Shown here in pieces: positions 35,915 through 48,690 of a DNA stretch of 64,000 nt. The notes under the pieces are model-generated. The model searched no databases, was not told the DNA's origin, and saw only the letters and a list, made by a program, of their open reading frames with translations. The stretch comes from Felis catus. Its lineage: Eukaryota. The position numbers and the translations under genes were made by a program. Numbering within the stretch: position 1 is the first letter of the stretch; every line of letters begins with the position of its first letter. Location of the stretch: NCBI RefSeq assembly GCF_018350175.1, contig NC_058368.1, positions 174,532,001 to 174,596,000 on the forward strand, in the 5' to 3' direction.

Positions 35915-36060
35915 CATTTAAAAAGAACGTTCATTCCTGGGCCTCCCCTGAGATTTTATTCCTTGGAGTCTGCAAGTGGGAACCGGACTCTGCATTTCTA
36001 CAAGCGCTGCAAGCCGATTCTGATATGAGTGTTCCTGAGACCACACATAGGAAAATGTTG
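35915..36060. mobile_element. MER5-like hAT MITE relic
   Basis: attcctgggcctcccctgagattttattcc...gtgggaaccggactctgcatttctacaagc...gattctgat...gaccacacataggaaaatgttg. Confidence 0.6.
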
Positions 36061-37347
36061 ACTCACAGGAAACGCCAGAACTTTTCCGAATGACATTGGC
36101 CTGCCCTGCATGATCGCTAAGCCACTTTTCTGTCCACTCGTCCCCATTCACCCTATACTCCAGTTGCATGGAATCGCTTGCCTGTCTTCAAAGGGCCCCA
36201 TCCTCACACGGCCCCCATGGAGCATCCCTGCCTCTCTGGAAATGCCGACTTCCCCACTTTCCCGCTGATCCCTTCAGCCCTTCTGTGGCCGGAGCCACCT
36301 GCCATCTACAGATGTCCTCCTGGGCCGTGACGATCTTAAGACAGAGAGAGCGACAGCAGCTGCTATGTCTCGGCATCCCCGGGGATCGCCCCCATGAAGG
36401 TGTAAACTCAGGAGTAAGGGCAGAGGAGAAATGGTAAGGCAAGGGCCCCCCCCCAAGAGTAGAGAAAAGGGACACAGGCGCAAAGAGCCCGTAAGACGAA
36501 TCAGCATCCGTAATCAGATTTCCAGGGGGCACAAAAGGAAACAGGTCCTGCCAGAGTGCTGGCTTCTCTCCAGGCCTGGCTGCAGCCACAGACAGGCACT
36601 AGAGTCGTGGCCTCAGAGGTGCTCTGAGACGACGGGGCCCAGGCCCCCGCCGTCCCACGGAGCCCCGGCCGGTCACCTCACCTCTCTCCCGGTTTCCCCC
36701 TCCTGCGTCCTAGCCTTTGCCCGAGTTCAGGCTGTTCCCCGCCAGGAACTCAGGCACCGGGGTTTGTAAAGAAACATCTCTAAACAGCAGCTGACAGCAC
36801 GCCCCGGGAAGACGACAGACCTCCCACTTGCCGAGGCTTCACCAAACCTTCAAAGGGTGCAGTCTACCACCCTGCGAGCCTCCCACAGAAGCTGTCAGGA
36901 GCATCACAGAAAATGGAAACCTGCCCCGAGCAAAGTTCACACAGAAGGCTGCCAGTCGGGGGCACGGGGCGGGGGGCCGGCTCCTGAGGCTGGAGTTCCA
37001 CAACCAGCAAGGCGCCCGTCCCCAGGGCCCGGTCACCCTCCGCGGGGTGGACTTCGCCCCCTGATCCCAGAGGGACGCCCCGGCAGGATCGGAGGGACCT
37101 TGGGTGTTGGGGGGGGAGACAGTTTTGCTTTAAATGTCAGCTCTGCGGTGAGTGACTCTTCCGAGTCGGGTCAACCTTCGGAGCCCAGTTTCCTAGTGTG
37201 TGAACTGGGGGGGGGGTCACTCACCCCGCAGAAGAGCCCAGCACCGGGCCTGGTGCATGGGAGGCCCTCCATAGATGACGGCCCCCTTCTCACCTCTGCC
37301 CGACATCCGTCCGTCCGTCCATCACCTCCTCAGTTAGGCAAGGTCTC

Positions 37348-37610
37348 CATAACAGCGGCCTTGGGAACGGACACTCCACGGCCAGAACAGCTACCTGGGT
37401 TCGAATCCCGGGCCTGGCGCTTCTTAGCTGCGTTGTCTTGGGCAAGTTATGTCTCCTCTCTGTGCCTCTGTTTCTTCATCTGTAAAATGGTGCTAATCAT
37501 GGCATCTAACGCTTACGTGTCATTGTGAGGCTTAAATGGGTTATGATAGACGACGTGCTCGAGGAAGAGTCTGGCACGTAGAAAACTCTCAATAAATGTT
37601 AGCAATTACT
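37348..37610 (+). mobile_element. MIR SINE, near full length
   Basis: ctacctgggttcgaatcccgg...cttgggcaagttatgtctcctctctgtgcctctgtttcttcatctgtaaaatgg...ctcaataaatgttagc. Confidence 0.93.
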
Positions 37611-40187
37611 GTCAGCCTTTTACCCAGTCAACGTGTTGTGAGGGCTTACAGCAGGCCCGCTGGGGGCTGTGAAGGAGCCTACAATGAAGCCGGAAAACTT
37701 GTGTGCAGGCCTCTAGATTGTGTCGTCTTAAAGGACTGTGCCCCAGCGTTAGCCGCCGCCCCCCCCCCCCCCCAGCAAAATACGAGTGTGTTCTAATGAA
37801 TTCAGTATAGCTAACTGGGAAAAGCCGGGCTTTACCGACAAATAGACCCCAATTCACATCCTAAGCTGTGTGACATCGAACAACTGGCTTTACCTCTCTG
37901 AACCTCGGTTTCTCTATCTGGAAATGGGGGGTAGCGACACCCACCTCTCGGGGCTGGTCGAGGATGTTCCGGAAGAATGGACGACCCAATAAACCTTAGC
38001 ATCCTTTCTCTCGTCCGCCCAGCTTTTCAAGAATTATTAAAAAGCAGACTGCCTAACCAGAGAGGGCTGGCCAGCTCAGGCGGGGTGCTGTTTCGGAAAG
38101 TTGAGAAAAGCTCTTCCTGAGTCATGGCTCTGGAAACTTCTTGGCACAGCTCCCCAGCTTTTCTCTGTCCTCAAACTGCTGTGCTGCCTTCTCAGTTCTG
38201 ACTCACCAGGCGCTCCTGTGGCTTCTCTTTCCCCACAGCAGTGGGTGGTTGTTTTGGCTCTAATTTCAATATCTCATTATCCTGGGACACAGTCACTCAG
38301 TCACACAGCGTCGGACCCAAATCCATCCAGACACTTCCCACCCTCACAAGCAGGACGCTTCCCTTCCGTGACTCATAGAGGCCCGGACAAGCGCACGTCA
38401 CGTGGGGCTGGAAGGGGCAGAGGGGAAACGGAGGATGGTGAGGGTCCTAGGCTTGGTACCCCATGCCGGAAACTGCATACGCCCACAGCCCCGATTAATT
38501 CTGATAACAAGCCACCCATGCAGGCAATATCGTCCCTGTTTGCCACGTGTGGGACCTGAGACTCAGAAAGATGACGCCACTTACCCTCTAGTACATAGCA
38601 GAGCAGGGATCTGCATCCAAGTCCTTGAAGAAGATTCGTATTTTTAACCGTCGGACAATACAGCCCCTCGCTGTGCCGACTTGGCCCCGAGGTCCCGCTT
38701 CTGCCGGTCGGTATAATCAGCACGTCAGAGCCAGCCTGTCCTTCTGCAGGTCAGGCTGAGAACACGGCTCATGTGCGCACACGCGCACACACACACGCAC
38801 ACACACACCCGGGCCCGTGTGCTACCGTTTGCAGTGGTGAGATTTCCAATGCCGGGAACCTTCCTGCGTTCTTAGCCTGATCTCTCGGGCTGCTTGCCCT
38901 CACTTGGAGCAATCATACTGCCGGAAGCTACAGAAATGGGAAAAGGCAAAGAAGGCAGAAAGAAACAGTTATAAAGGTGAAAAACAAAATGAAGCGTCTG
39001 GGACCCTCTGCTTGGGAGGGAGGTGGAAGGCCCCCTAACCTCTGGGCAGCTGAATCCACACTGAGCCCCTGACTGCTGAAGGCAGAAGGGAGGAAGGTGG
39101 GAAGGTGAGAAAAGGCGACAAGGGAAAGGCGGGTGACAGCGGGGGAGTGGTTGTCCTTTGGGGTCTGGATTACAAATAAGCCTCAGTTTCCCGATCTCTC
39201 AGGTGGGCACTGAATGGAGGTCTGTCTCAGTACAAAACCACCCGTCTTCACACAACCTCCTAACTGCCTCCCGACAAAATACAAGCGCTGGGCATTTGGG
39301 AACAGGTTTCTTAATCGCCATTGTATGGAGGAAGAAAATGAAGCTTCGGCAAATTAAACAGGTAGACCAAAGACCCAAGGCTGGCAAATCCCGGAGCCAG
39401 GTTCCTGTCAGGTGCACTGGTTCGGGGTCCGTGACCCTTCTTCCCTCAGCCCATGCCCTCTCTCTGTTGAAAAGCATCACAAAGCCCTGTCTGCCATCAA
39501 AGTGCAGGTAAAAAAAAAAACCTTCTCTCCCGATGCAAAGAAACACCCTGAACTGGGCCTGAAATGCCTCCAAAATTCCCTCCTTAGGGTAACCAACTTG
39601 GGGAGCAAGACAATAAAAGAACCAACCTGTTCGCTAAAATGGAGGCTAACCTGTTCTCCAGAGTCTCAAGTAGTTCCAGAAAGTTCGATAGTTCCAGAGA
39701 GACATGGACTTTCACACGTATTTTGAAAGTTTACCTGTGGATAGATTTTTTTCTCTCCGTCCAATTTCCTCTCGTGTTTCAGGCTTGGCTGTTTCTCCCA
39801 TATCTGGGATGAGAAGAGGGAAAGTGGGATTTTCAGGGCTGTGTTTGCTTGACAGGCTCCCCGCCCCCCCCGACACGTTCCTTCTGCTCTGAGGCCGTCA
39901 CGCCAGGAGGGAACACGCTGTGTGGCCCGGTCTTCGCGCACGTTTAATTTCGTGTGCACAGTGAGGCCGTTTATTCAAAGTCCTTGGAAATACAAAAATC
40001 CCACTCCCAGCCACATTTGGAGGGAAGGGAAGTAGGATACTAACAAGCCCCTTTCCTCTCTGTTTTTTCACAGAAAAAAAATGCAATGATATCGACTCCG
40101 TCATGAAGGTACCTTAGTCGACTTCATATTCCTTTCTGGGTTTTGTCAACGCTTTTCTGGGGACACACAGTGGTTTTTACCTTTTTT

Positions 40188-40421
40188 AAAAAATCCAAAA
40201 CAGATTTTTTTTAATGTTCATTCATTTTTTAGAGAGAAAGAGAGAGAGACAGAGCGGGAGCAAGGGAGGGGCAGAGAGAGAGGGAGACGGAGAATCCGAA
40301 GCAGGCTCCAGGCTCCGAGCTGTCAGCACAGAGCCCGATGTGAGGCCCGGACTCATGACCCGTGAGATCATAACATGAGCAGAAGTCAGACACGTAACCC
40401 ACGGAGCCACCCAGGTGCCCC
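40188..40421 (-). mobile_element. Can-SINE with a short 3' extension
   Basis: Full length. Degenerate TSD cacagtgg(t/c)tttta at 40166 and 40423, with 17 extra nt between the A-tail and the TSD. Confidence 0.93.
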
Positions 40422-41140
40422 TCACAGTGGCTTTTATTTTTAAATGCCTCGTGCAAAGTTTATACCTATTTTTTTTATAGGTGTCTTATCTTAGGATCTG
40501 AAGATTGATTTTTCATGCCCAAAACTAGAAAAGGTGCAGTTTGGCTTTAAGCCTGAGGCATGGGCTTTTTTCTCGCAGGTCATCCAATTGGTGTTTCCCT
40601 CCACCTTCTCCATCGTTGCTGTGGGCTGGGTGTGCATAAAGCCCCTTCCTCGTCTCCCTGGAAAACGTTCAGGAAAACCTGCCAAGCTCATCACTGGGTC
40701 ACGGGATTGGCTCTGTGTCTGGGGAGGTAGCGTGCTGAGTCCCCCTCCCAGGTCGCGTGGGGTCAGGGCGGACGCTAGCCATGGGGACCCGGCCGCCTTG
40801 GAGTCCCACGGGTCAACGGTGTTCTCTGACGAAACTGTTTTCCACTTTTGTTGCCGTTGCAGTCAGCGAATTTGGAAACGAGGGATTCAACACTTTTGCA
40901 TTTTGAGGGACCTTAGGGATACTCTGGCCCACATACTCCAGTTTACAGGTGAGAAAATTGAGGCTGACAGAGCGAAGGGGCCTTCACCTGGCCACCCAGT
41001 TGGTTAGCAACAGAGCTGAGACTCAAATCTTGACCTTTTTCCTGACCACTTGCTTCCTTGTGTGTAGCTTGGGGCTAACCCATTATGTGAAAAGCCCTGT
41101 GTTACAGTCAAAGTAGTCTTACAGAACCCGAAATCCAAAC

Positions 41141-41840
41141 AAAAAGGAAGGAAGGAAGGAAGGAAGGAAGGAAGGAAGGGAGGAGGGATGGGGGAAGGGA
41201 GGAGGGAGGGGGAAAGAAGGAAAGGAGGAGGAAAGGAAAGGAAGGAAGCAGGGAGGAAGAAAGGGAGGTAGGAAAGAAGGAGGGAGGGAGGGAGGAAGGA
41301 AGGAAGGAAGGAAGGAAGGAAGGAAGGGAGGAGGGATGGGGGAAGGGAGGAGGGAGGGGGAAAGAAGGAAAGGAGGAGGAAAAGAAAGGAGGGAAGGAGG
41401 GAGGAAGAAAGGGAGGAGGGATGGGGGAAGGGAGGAGGGAGGGGGAAAGAAGGAAAGGAGGAGGAAAGGAAAGGAAGGAAGCAGGGAGGAAGAAAGGGAG
41501 GTAGGAAAGAAGGAGGGAGGGAGGGAGGAAGGAAGGAAGGAAGGAAGGAAGGAAGGGAGGAGGGATGGGGGAAGGGAGGAGGGAGGGGGAAAGAAGGAAA
41601 GGAGGAGGAAAAGAAAGGAGGGAAGGAGGGAGGAAGAAAGGGAGGAGGGATGGGGGAAGGGAGGAGGGAGGGGGAAAGAAGGAAAGGAGGAGGAAAGGAA
41701 AGGAGGGAAGGAGGGAGGAAGAAAGGGAGGTAGGAAAGAAGGAGGGAGGGAGGGAGGAAGGGAGGGAGGAGGGACGGAAGCGAGGAGGGAAAGTAGGAGG
41801 GAAGGAGGGAAGGGAAAGTAGGAGGGAGGAAGGAAGGAAA
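41141..41840. repeat. ~700-bp GA-rich complex tandem repeat with a ~230-bp higher-order unit
   Basis: Almost pure purine. Marker agggatgggggaagg recurs with its atg at 41188, 41336, 41421, 41565 and 41650. Confidence 0.95.
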
Positions 41841-43204
41841 ATGTTCCCATGAGCCCCACCGGCTCCTTCCCATGCAGAACAGACCCCTTTGCCACCTGGC
41901 CCAGGTACATTCACCCTGGTTCTTGCCACATTCTCTTCTCCCTTCTTTCCCCCATTTGAAATCAGTTTCCCCCCCCAGCCTCCACACCCTTGCAGGTGCT
42001 GCTTCCCCCCCCCCCTCTTGGAAATCCCTTTCCTAGTTCACAGGTTGGCTCCTCTGGGAAGCCTTCCTGACCCCACCCGCGCCCCAGCTCGAGCAGGGGC
42101 AATCACCCGCTCCCTCAGAGCGGCTTCTGTTCTGTTCGCGCCTTTTGCCAGCTTTAGCATGGAAGCTGTTTGTGCCCGTGTCTGTCCCCTGCCAGGCGAT
42201 GAGCCGCACCAGCTCGGGAAGCAGGTCTCCCCGCTGTGGTCCCGGCGCCTGCCTGGCGCAGGGCTGGCCGCCGGGCGGTTGCTAATAAATGACGGTTGGA
42301 TATGTAAGCGGTCATCTAATGAATGGATGCTGCCCACATAACAGCCTCGTGTTCTGATGATGAGATATTGACGATTTAGATCGATTTCGTGGCCCAAGGA
42401 GTGAAAACCGAGTGCGTACACTCCAGTCCTATGTATCCCTCTCCCATCTGATTACACTTGTTAAATTTACAAAAATAAACAAATTGTGTACCAGCCCAGT
42501 GCAAAGTAGCCCTTTCTTGAGCAGCACACCGAGCAGGCAAGGGCAAATACAGCAACGTTTTTCCTGGCGATGAATGATCATCTAATCTACATCCTAACTG
42601 CTCATTTTCTACGGAGGCACCAGATTACGCGTCCACGTAATTGAAGTATCCTGAGTTCTAACAGGAGCCCAGCTAGGTGGTAATTGTTGCCGGCTTCCCC
42701 TAGCACCCCCAAGATTGGGGAGCCGCTGACACGTTGCAGAAATCCTCACTAAACGCTCTCCCTGAAAGCAAGATTGCAAAACTTCAAACCGAACGTGTTA
42801 ATTGACTAGTACTTGGATTTGAAAGGTAAATTCTCAACGGCGGGCTGAGCTTGGGATGAGCCTGGGAGGACGCAGGCGGGAGAAAAGATCCTGGTGAGAG
42901 CCGTGAATGTTTCTGGAGAGCTTACTGGTTGACAGCTCCCGGCCCTTTTTCACGGTGGAGGGAACTGAGGCACAAAGAGGGAAGGAGTTTGCTCATGATC
43001 TCACCCAGGCAGTGGGACTCTAGAGGCTGGGATCTTGCTGTACTTCTTTCCCGAAAAAGCAACTAACACTTACGGAATGCCTACCATATGGTACTTTATG
43101 GAACACCTGCCAGTTATTTTCCTATGCATCATATAGTTGTCTCTCTCTGATCCTATATTGTAGCGCTGAAGAAAATGGCCTGATTTGTTTTGAAATAAGG
43201 TATA

Positions 43205-43510
43205 AATAGAAAGCCAAGTCTCCCAGGAAAAAGCCCTTTGCCCCATCTTCCTTCCGACTTGGGTTGCTGGTGTGAGGACATGGTGCCTGGAGTAGCAGCA
43301 GCCGTATTGTGACCATGAGGCAGCAAGCCAATAAACTGAGGATGATGAACTACAGAGAAGAACATGTGTGGCAGTCACCAAATCCTTGCACCGATCCTAG
43401 AGCCATCTACTTTCAGACTTTTTGTTTGGTGAGACAGTTAAGTGACTTTTCTTTTTCGTACAACTAGTCACTAGTTCTATTAGCTACAGATGAAAGTATT
43501 CTTGTTGGGT
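43205..43510 (+). mobile_element. MaLR LTR fragment (MLT1J-like)
   Basis: gaggacatggtgcctggagtagcagcagccgtattgtgaccatgaggc...tctactttcagactttttgtttggtgagac. Confidence 0.75.
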
Positions 43511-46500
43511 GTAAGAGCTTTGAAAGGGTCCCGATAGAGTCAGTCCTCAGCATCGTATGTGAATTTTACACACGACAAAATGTGACTCAGAGAGTTGAGG
43601 TCAATGTTACACAGCCAGCAAGATTTGAACTCGGGCATGCCTGCCTGCCATGGCGTTTATTTACTACATTCCCTCACTCGGTCAACCTAAGCCCCTCCTG
43701 GGGCTTCCTTATGGTCCCCCCCTAACCCAAAGTCCATTCTCTTGGTGTGATTCTCGGTCAACCTGTCAGATCAGACGCTCCCATGTTGAGTGGGTGTTAA
43801 GTGTGTGTTGATGGCAGAAGGAGGGAACAAATAGGAGAATTATCAGTTCCGGGCTCATACTGGGGGAACCTATCCGGGACGCCATCAGGGGAATCCTCTA
43901 GCACTTACCAGAGAAGCTGGTAGAAAGATGCCACCTCCCCACCGGCAATCTCGCAGGGAGAAGTGGCAACACGTCCTCAAATGCTATGGCAAAAATCCTA
44001 GACTTTCTGCTCCAGGCCTGGCCCATAGGACCCCCTGACACCCCCAGGGGCTTTTACTCTTCCTTCTGCCCCTCCCCCCCCGTACCTGACCCGTGCTCTT
44101 CTTCCAGGTGGCCCCACCTCTTCCGGAACATGAGAGCAGCCAGCATCTGTCCATTCTGCCCCAGACATCTCGTCCCCAGCGTCTCTCCTGACCTCTCGGC
44201 CTCACCCCATCTTGCCTCCTCTCCCGGCTCACCTGGTCTGCACCCAGGACACCTGTGCTGGTGATGTTACACCTGCCGCAGGGCCCTGGCACCGGATTTT
44301 CCCTTTAGCCCTGACTCTGACCGTCCTCCTCCGGCGTGATTCATAGTCAGTCCTGGATCACACGGTTTGGGCTCCACTCGGCAATTTCACCTTCATGTCA
44401 AGCCCTCGTGCCTCTGGGGTCAGGTGCTCGGGGCTGGCTGGGGTCCCAATTCCTCTGAGCGGACATCTCTCCTATTGTCCAGGGCTCACGGACCCTCCCT
44501 CCCAGCCCTCAGGCGACTGCAGATACGCTACAGACATCTTCTCTCTCATCTAACTAGCTCTTTCGAAGAGACAAGCCACAGCCTTTCTATTCTGGATCTG
44601 AGAGGAAGATCCGCCACTCCCGTGGTATGACACCGGGTTGGAAATAAAGTCCCCGGTGCCTCAGAATATTTCCCAGCTCTCCCTGAAGTGCTCTACATTA
44701 TCCCTTGTGAGCGCAGACACAGGGGACGGTCACTCTCCTGCACACAGCGGATGAGGGTGGCCTGTGTCTCACTCTAGGACCGTCACGCCATCCCTAGGAC
44801 ACGCCGGGGTGCCTTTACCCAGCAGTTCTGGATGGAGCTTTCTAGGAGGTGTCGGATCACCCTGGTGGTTCCTGGAACCACGAGACCCAAATTTGTGGTG
44901 CACACATTAAACCTATCTGCTTCCAGCCGACTCCTTGGGATTTCTGCACAAAAAGAAATCCCTAGGGAAAGAACTTTAGCTTTACGTCCCTAACGGGTAC
45001 ATCCACATATAGATAATGCTTTTATACACACCCGTGAGTGTTCACACATGCACACACACACACACACACGACTCTGGGAAGAACAAGGCTTGGGGAATAC
45101 TTCGGAAGAGCCCTGCTAGCTGGAGAAGATGCATTCTACTTATTATTATTATATTATTATTTTAATCTCTAAACCTCCTCAGCGTTTCCACTATTGAAGA
45201 GCATACTATTTTACTGGCATCAAAGACAAAATAAAATCTTTGCCCCTATGCAGCAACCACACAGCAGCAAGAAAGTATCTTATAAAAGCAAGAAGAGACT
45301 CGTCTGCAGTCTGCTTGGTTTCCGAGGGGGCCAGATTCTAACGCCTTCTGTCTTGGGGAAAAATTTTAAAGGGCCAGACAACCTTCGTGTTCCTAAATGA
45401 ATTTACGTGCCTCTGTTTTCGAAACTGGGAGTCGTGGTAGATTTAACAAGGCCCAAAGAGTCACAGAGGTCTGTCTCCCCCTGCCGCTTTCGTTCAGATG
45501 ACCCAGGGTCCGAAAGGTTATGTGGCTCGTCCGAGGTCACCGCGCTAGAAATGGCAAAGCCTGGAGCCGCCCGTCGGGTCTGTCTGCTGTCCAAGGTCCA
45601 CGCTTCCCACCACTAAGCTTCCCTCCTCACCCACCCCTCCCTGAAGTAGGAGGAGGCTGAAAGAGAAGGCATCCATTGCTTTGCGGAATCCCTTCCTCAG
45701 GTAAGAGGCTTGATGTGAACGTCCCGGATACCGATCCGTCAGCACGGTCCTTGCAGGTTAGCGGAAGTGATGGGTAGGTTTGGGGAGCTGGGGGGGACTC
45801 ACTGCACTTCAGGAGAACCACGGTTGGGGGGGGTTCCTTGCAGAGTCCAGCTGGTGCAGGCTGCTTACGGGAACGTATAGGACGTGCCTCACGTGGTCAA
45901 GAGGCTCTCCTGTGCCTACATAGACACACACTGGCTCATTGACGTTCACGTTCAAAGAGGTGGGTATAGTTATCCTCATTTGTGGAAGACAGAGAAACTG
46001 AGGCTCGGAGGCACCGAGCACCTGCCTGCTGACACACGGTGGGGGAAAAAGAGGAGAGGGGATGTAGACGATGGGGCTCCCAGACCCAGACTATTTCCGC
46101 ACTCCCCGTGAGTGGGCCCCGGGCCCTTCCCAGCCTGTGACTAGAGCAGACAAGGAATCTAGTTATTTTATTATTATTTTCTAACTTCCGTCGTTGACAT
46201 CTGCGTAGACTTGGTGGAGAGAAGCACAGAGATTTGTCCCCACCGGCCCCCACTTTGTTTGAAAGGCCGCAGTTCCCCGGCCCCCCGGGGCCGCCCGAGC
46301 TTGGGGGTGACTTGGTCGGTGACACTTTCAACAATAGGTGACCAGCGTCGTGGGCGCACCACAGCCTTCCCTCCCGCCTCAGCCCTGCACCCGGCCCCCC
46401 CTCCCCAAACCCTCTGCCTCTGAGCTCTGTTTCTTTCTGTAACGAATACCCCTCAGTCATATATATTTAACATTCTTCATGCTAATTAAAGCGTTCAACC

Positions 46501-47506
46501 TCTTGGTGCTGTTCTTGGTGACTGACACTGTTTCAAAGCAGATTCAGAAATAGTTTTGGTCTTGACATTTATGCAGCCAGTGGGTGTTGTTTATTGCTGA
46601 GCAATTAGAACATAGATTAACATAATATCACTCCTCAACTTCAAGATCTGGGAGAGCAGCTCCGGGGGGGGGGGGGGGGGGCTCACCCAGCCCGCTCCCT
46701 TTTGTCTTTCTTTTTTTCCCTCCTCCACACCCATCCACCCACCTGCCTTGAAACATGGTATTTCAAATTTATAGTTCAAGAAAGTTTGTGTAATCTAAGT
46801 CATAAAAAGACATGTCTTTTTCTTCCACCGCAGATGCAGCCCACGGTACCTGTATTCTCAACCAAAAAGGCATTTTTTTTTTCTTTTCTGTCCTTGAAAA
46901 CTTTTTTTTTTTTTTTTTTTTAAATCTCCCTGCCCACTTTTAACTCTTGGGAAGAGTTGAGGTCAGGAAGCAGGGATTGGGCTAGTCACGCACCTTTTCC
47001 CGAGTGGTTTCCCGCAATCTCACATTCACCGTTCTCTTCTGCCATTTGTGCCTTAACGTTACATTTGTCCTTCTGTGGGAGGAGAGTCACCCCTGGGCTG
47101 GTCTCTGCAACAACAAGCTAGATATGAGGCGATCTTTGCCAACTGTGCTTGCCCTGCGGGTCAGAGACGCTCCTGGGGGTTACAGAGGTCACCTGCCACA
47201 CGTCTCTCCACTCGAAGGGACGGGTGCCGTGGAACAAAGGGCTTGAGCGAGGACAGCCTTCCAGTTCGCAGATCGGGACCTCACGGGCACTGCCAATGAC
47301 TTCCTCTGCCTGTCCCTGCGTCCTGATGTTTGTAAATCCGGAACTCCTCACCACTGCCCCCAGAACCACCCTGATCTAAGCTGTAGCTGTCTTTTGGTTG
47401 GATTATTGCAACAGTTTCCTCCGTAGTCTCCTCGATCCCGCCCTCGACCCCTTCAATAAGGCAGCTTATAAATATCTTATAATATCTTATAAATGTCAGA
47501 GGAATC

Positions 47507-47704
47507 GGGGCGCCTGGGCAGCTCGGTTGGTTGAGCGCCGACTCTGGCTCAGGTCATGATCTCGGGGTCCAACCCCGCGTGGGGCTCTGTGCTGACAGCT
47601 CAAAGCCTGGAGCCTGCTTCGGATTCTGTGGCTCCCTCCCTCTCTGCCCTCCCCAACCTGCACTCTGCTTCTCGCTCAGAAATAAAAGAACATTCCGGAA
47701 AAAA
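47507..47704 (+). mobile_element. Can-SINE (older)
   Basis: Full length with small deletions. Degenerate TSD aaatgtcagag(g/c)aa(t/g)c at 47491 and 47705. Confidence 0.93.
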
Positions 47705-48344
47705 AAATGTCAGAGCAAGCATTTCTGGTCCCTAAGACCATCCTTCGTTACACTGTTGCTGTCGAGGCTGTGGTTTATTACAGAAACAGGCTATGAATCA
47801 CCGTCAACAAAAGGAAAAGGCATGTGGGGCAAAGGCCAGGGGAAACCAGGCACCAGCTTCGAAAATGGAATGGCAGGAGACGTCCCTGATCCCCCAGCAG
47901 CAGGCTGTGACAGGGCATGCGAAGCCCGGTCTACCAGGAGCGCCTGTTAGAGACTCAGTGCCCAGGGATGTCACCGGGGCCGATCACGCAGCGCCTTCCT
48001 GCACAGCACAAACCCAGACTCCGGGCTGCTGGAGGAAGGCAGGTGAGGCGGTTCAGCCCAAGCCACACTGTACAAACAGAAAGGGCGGGGTGGGGGGCCC
48101 CTTATCAGAGAATAATGGCAGCCTGTCTCAAACCAAGTTCCCAGAGGCCACCTAAGGGCCACCTTTGTTAAGCAAGCCTCTCCGAAGGCAGCAGACGGGC
48201 CTGCTATGCACACGCTTTTCTGCACACGTCCTCTGTGAAGCGACAATATGCGCAAGGTCTTCTGAAACACAGTCAGTATACGCCTTCTGTATTCGCTCTT
48301 ACTATCATCATTTCCTTTTCTTCATTAAACCTTCCTTATCCTTA

Positions 48345-48690
48345 AAAAGCTTTATTACGGAACGTTTCAAGCATAAACAGAAGTAGAGGGAATAGAATGA
48401 CCTCCAAAGGGTTTACCACCCAGCTTTACCAGTGACCAACTTGGAGACAATTGTGTTTCGTTTGTCACTTCCCCACAAATCCCTGCAGCCCGTATACCCA
48501 GATCATTTTGATGAAAATCCGAAATATCATGTCATTTCATTCATAATTACTTCAGTAGGTATCGATTAGAGATAAAGACTCACTGCTTAAAAGATGTAGG
48601 TGCAATAATATCAAACCTAAAAACTGGATGTTGAGCCCTTCATTTTAACAAGTATCCAGCTAGTGTTTAAACGTCTCCAGTTCCTCGTGG
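48345..48690 (-). mobile_element. L1MC-like LINE-1 3' end
   Basis: tttattacggaacgtttcaagcataaacagaagtagagggaatag...atcatgtcatttcattcataattacttcagtaggtatc...tatccagctagtgtttaaa. Confidence 0.75.

Noticed and set aside
36857..37528. 223-aa ORF in GC-rich sequence
   Set aside because: It runs into a MIR (LCLCFFICKM is the MIR core translation), and high GC explains the lack of stops.
41004..41987. 327, 273 and 263-aa ORFs rich in P/S/F/L, and G/R/E/K ORFs on the opposite strand
   Set aside because: They are translations of the polypurine repeat, which lacks stop codons by composition.
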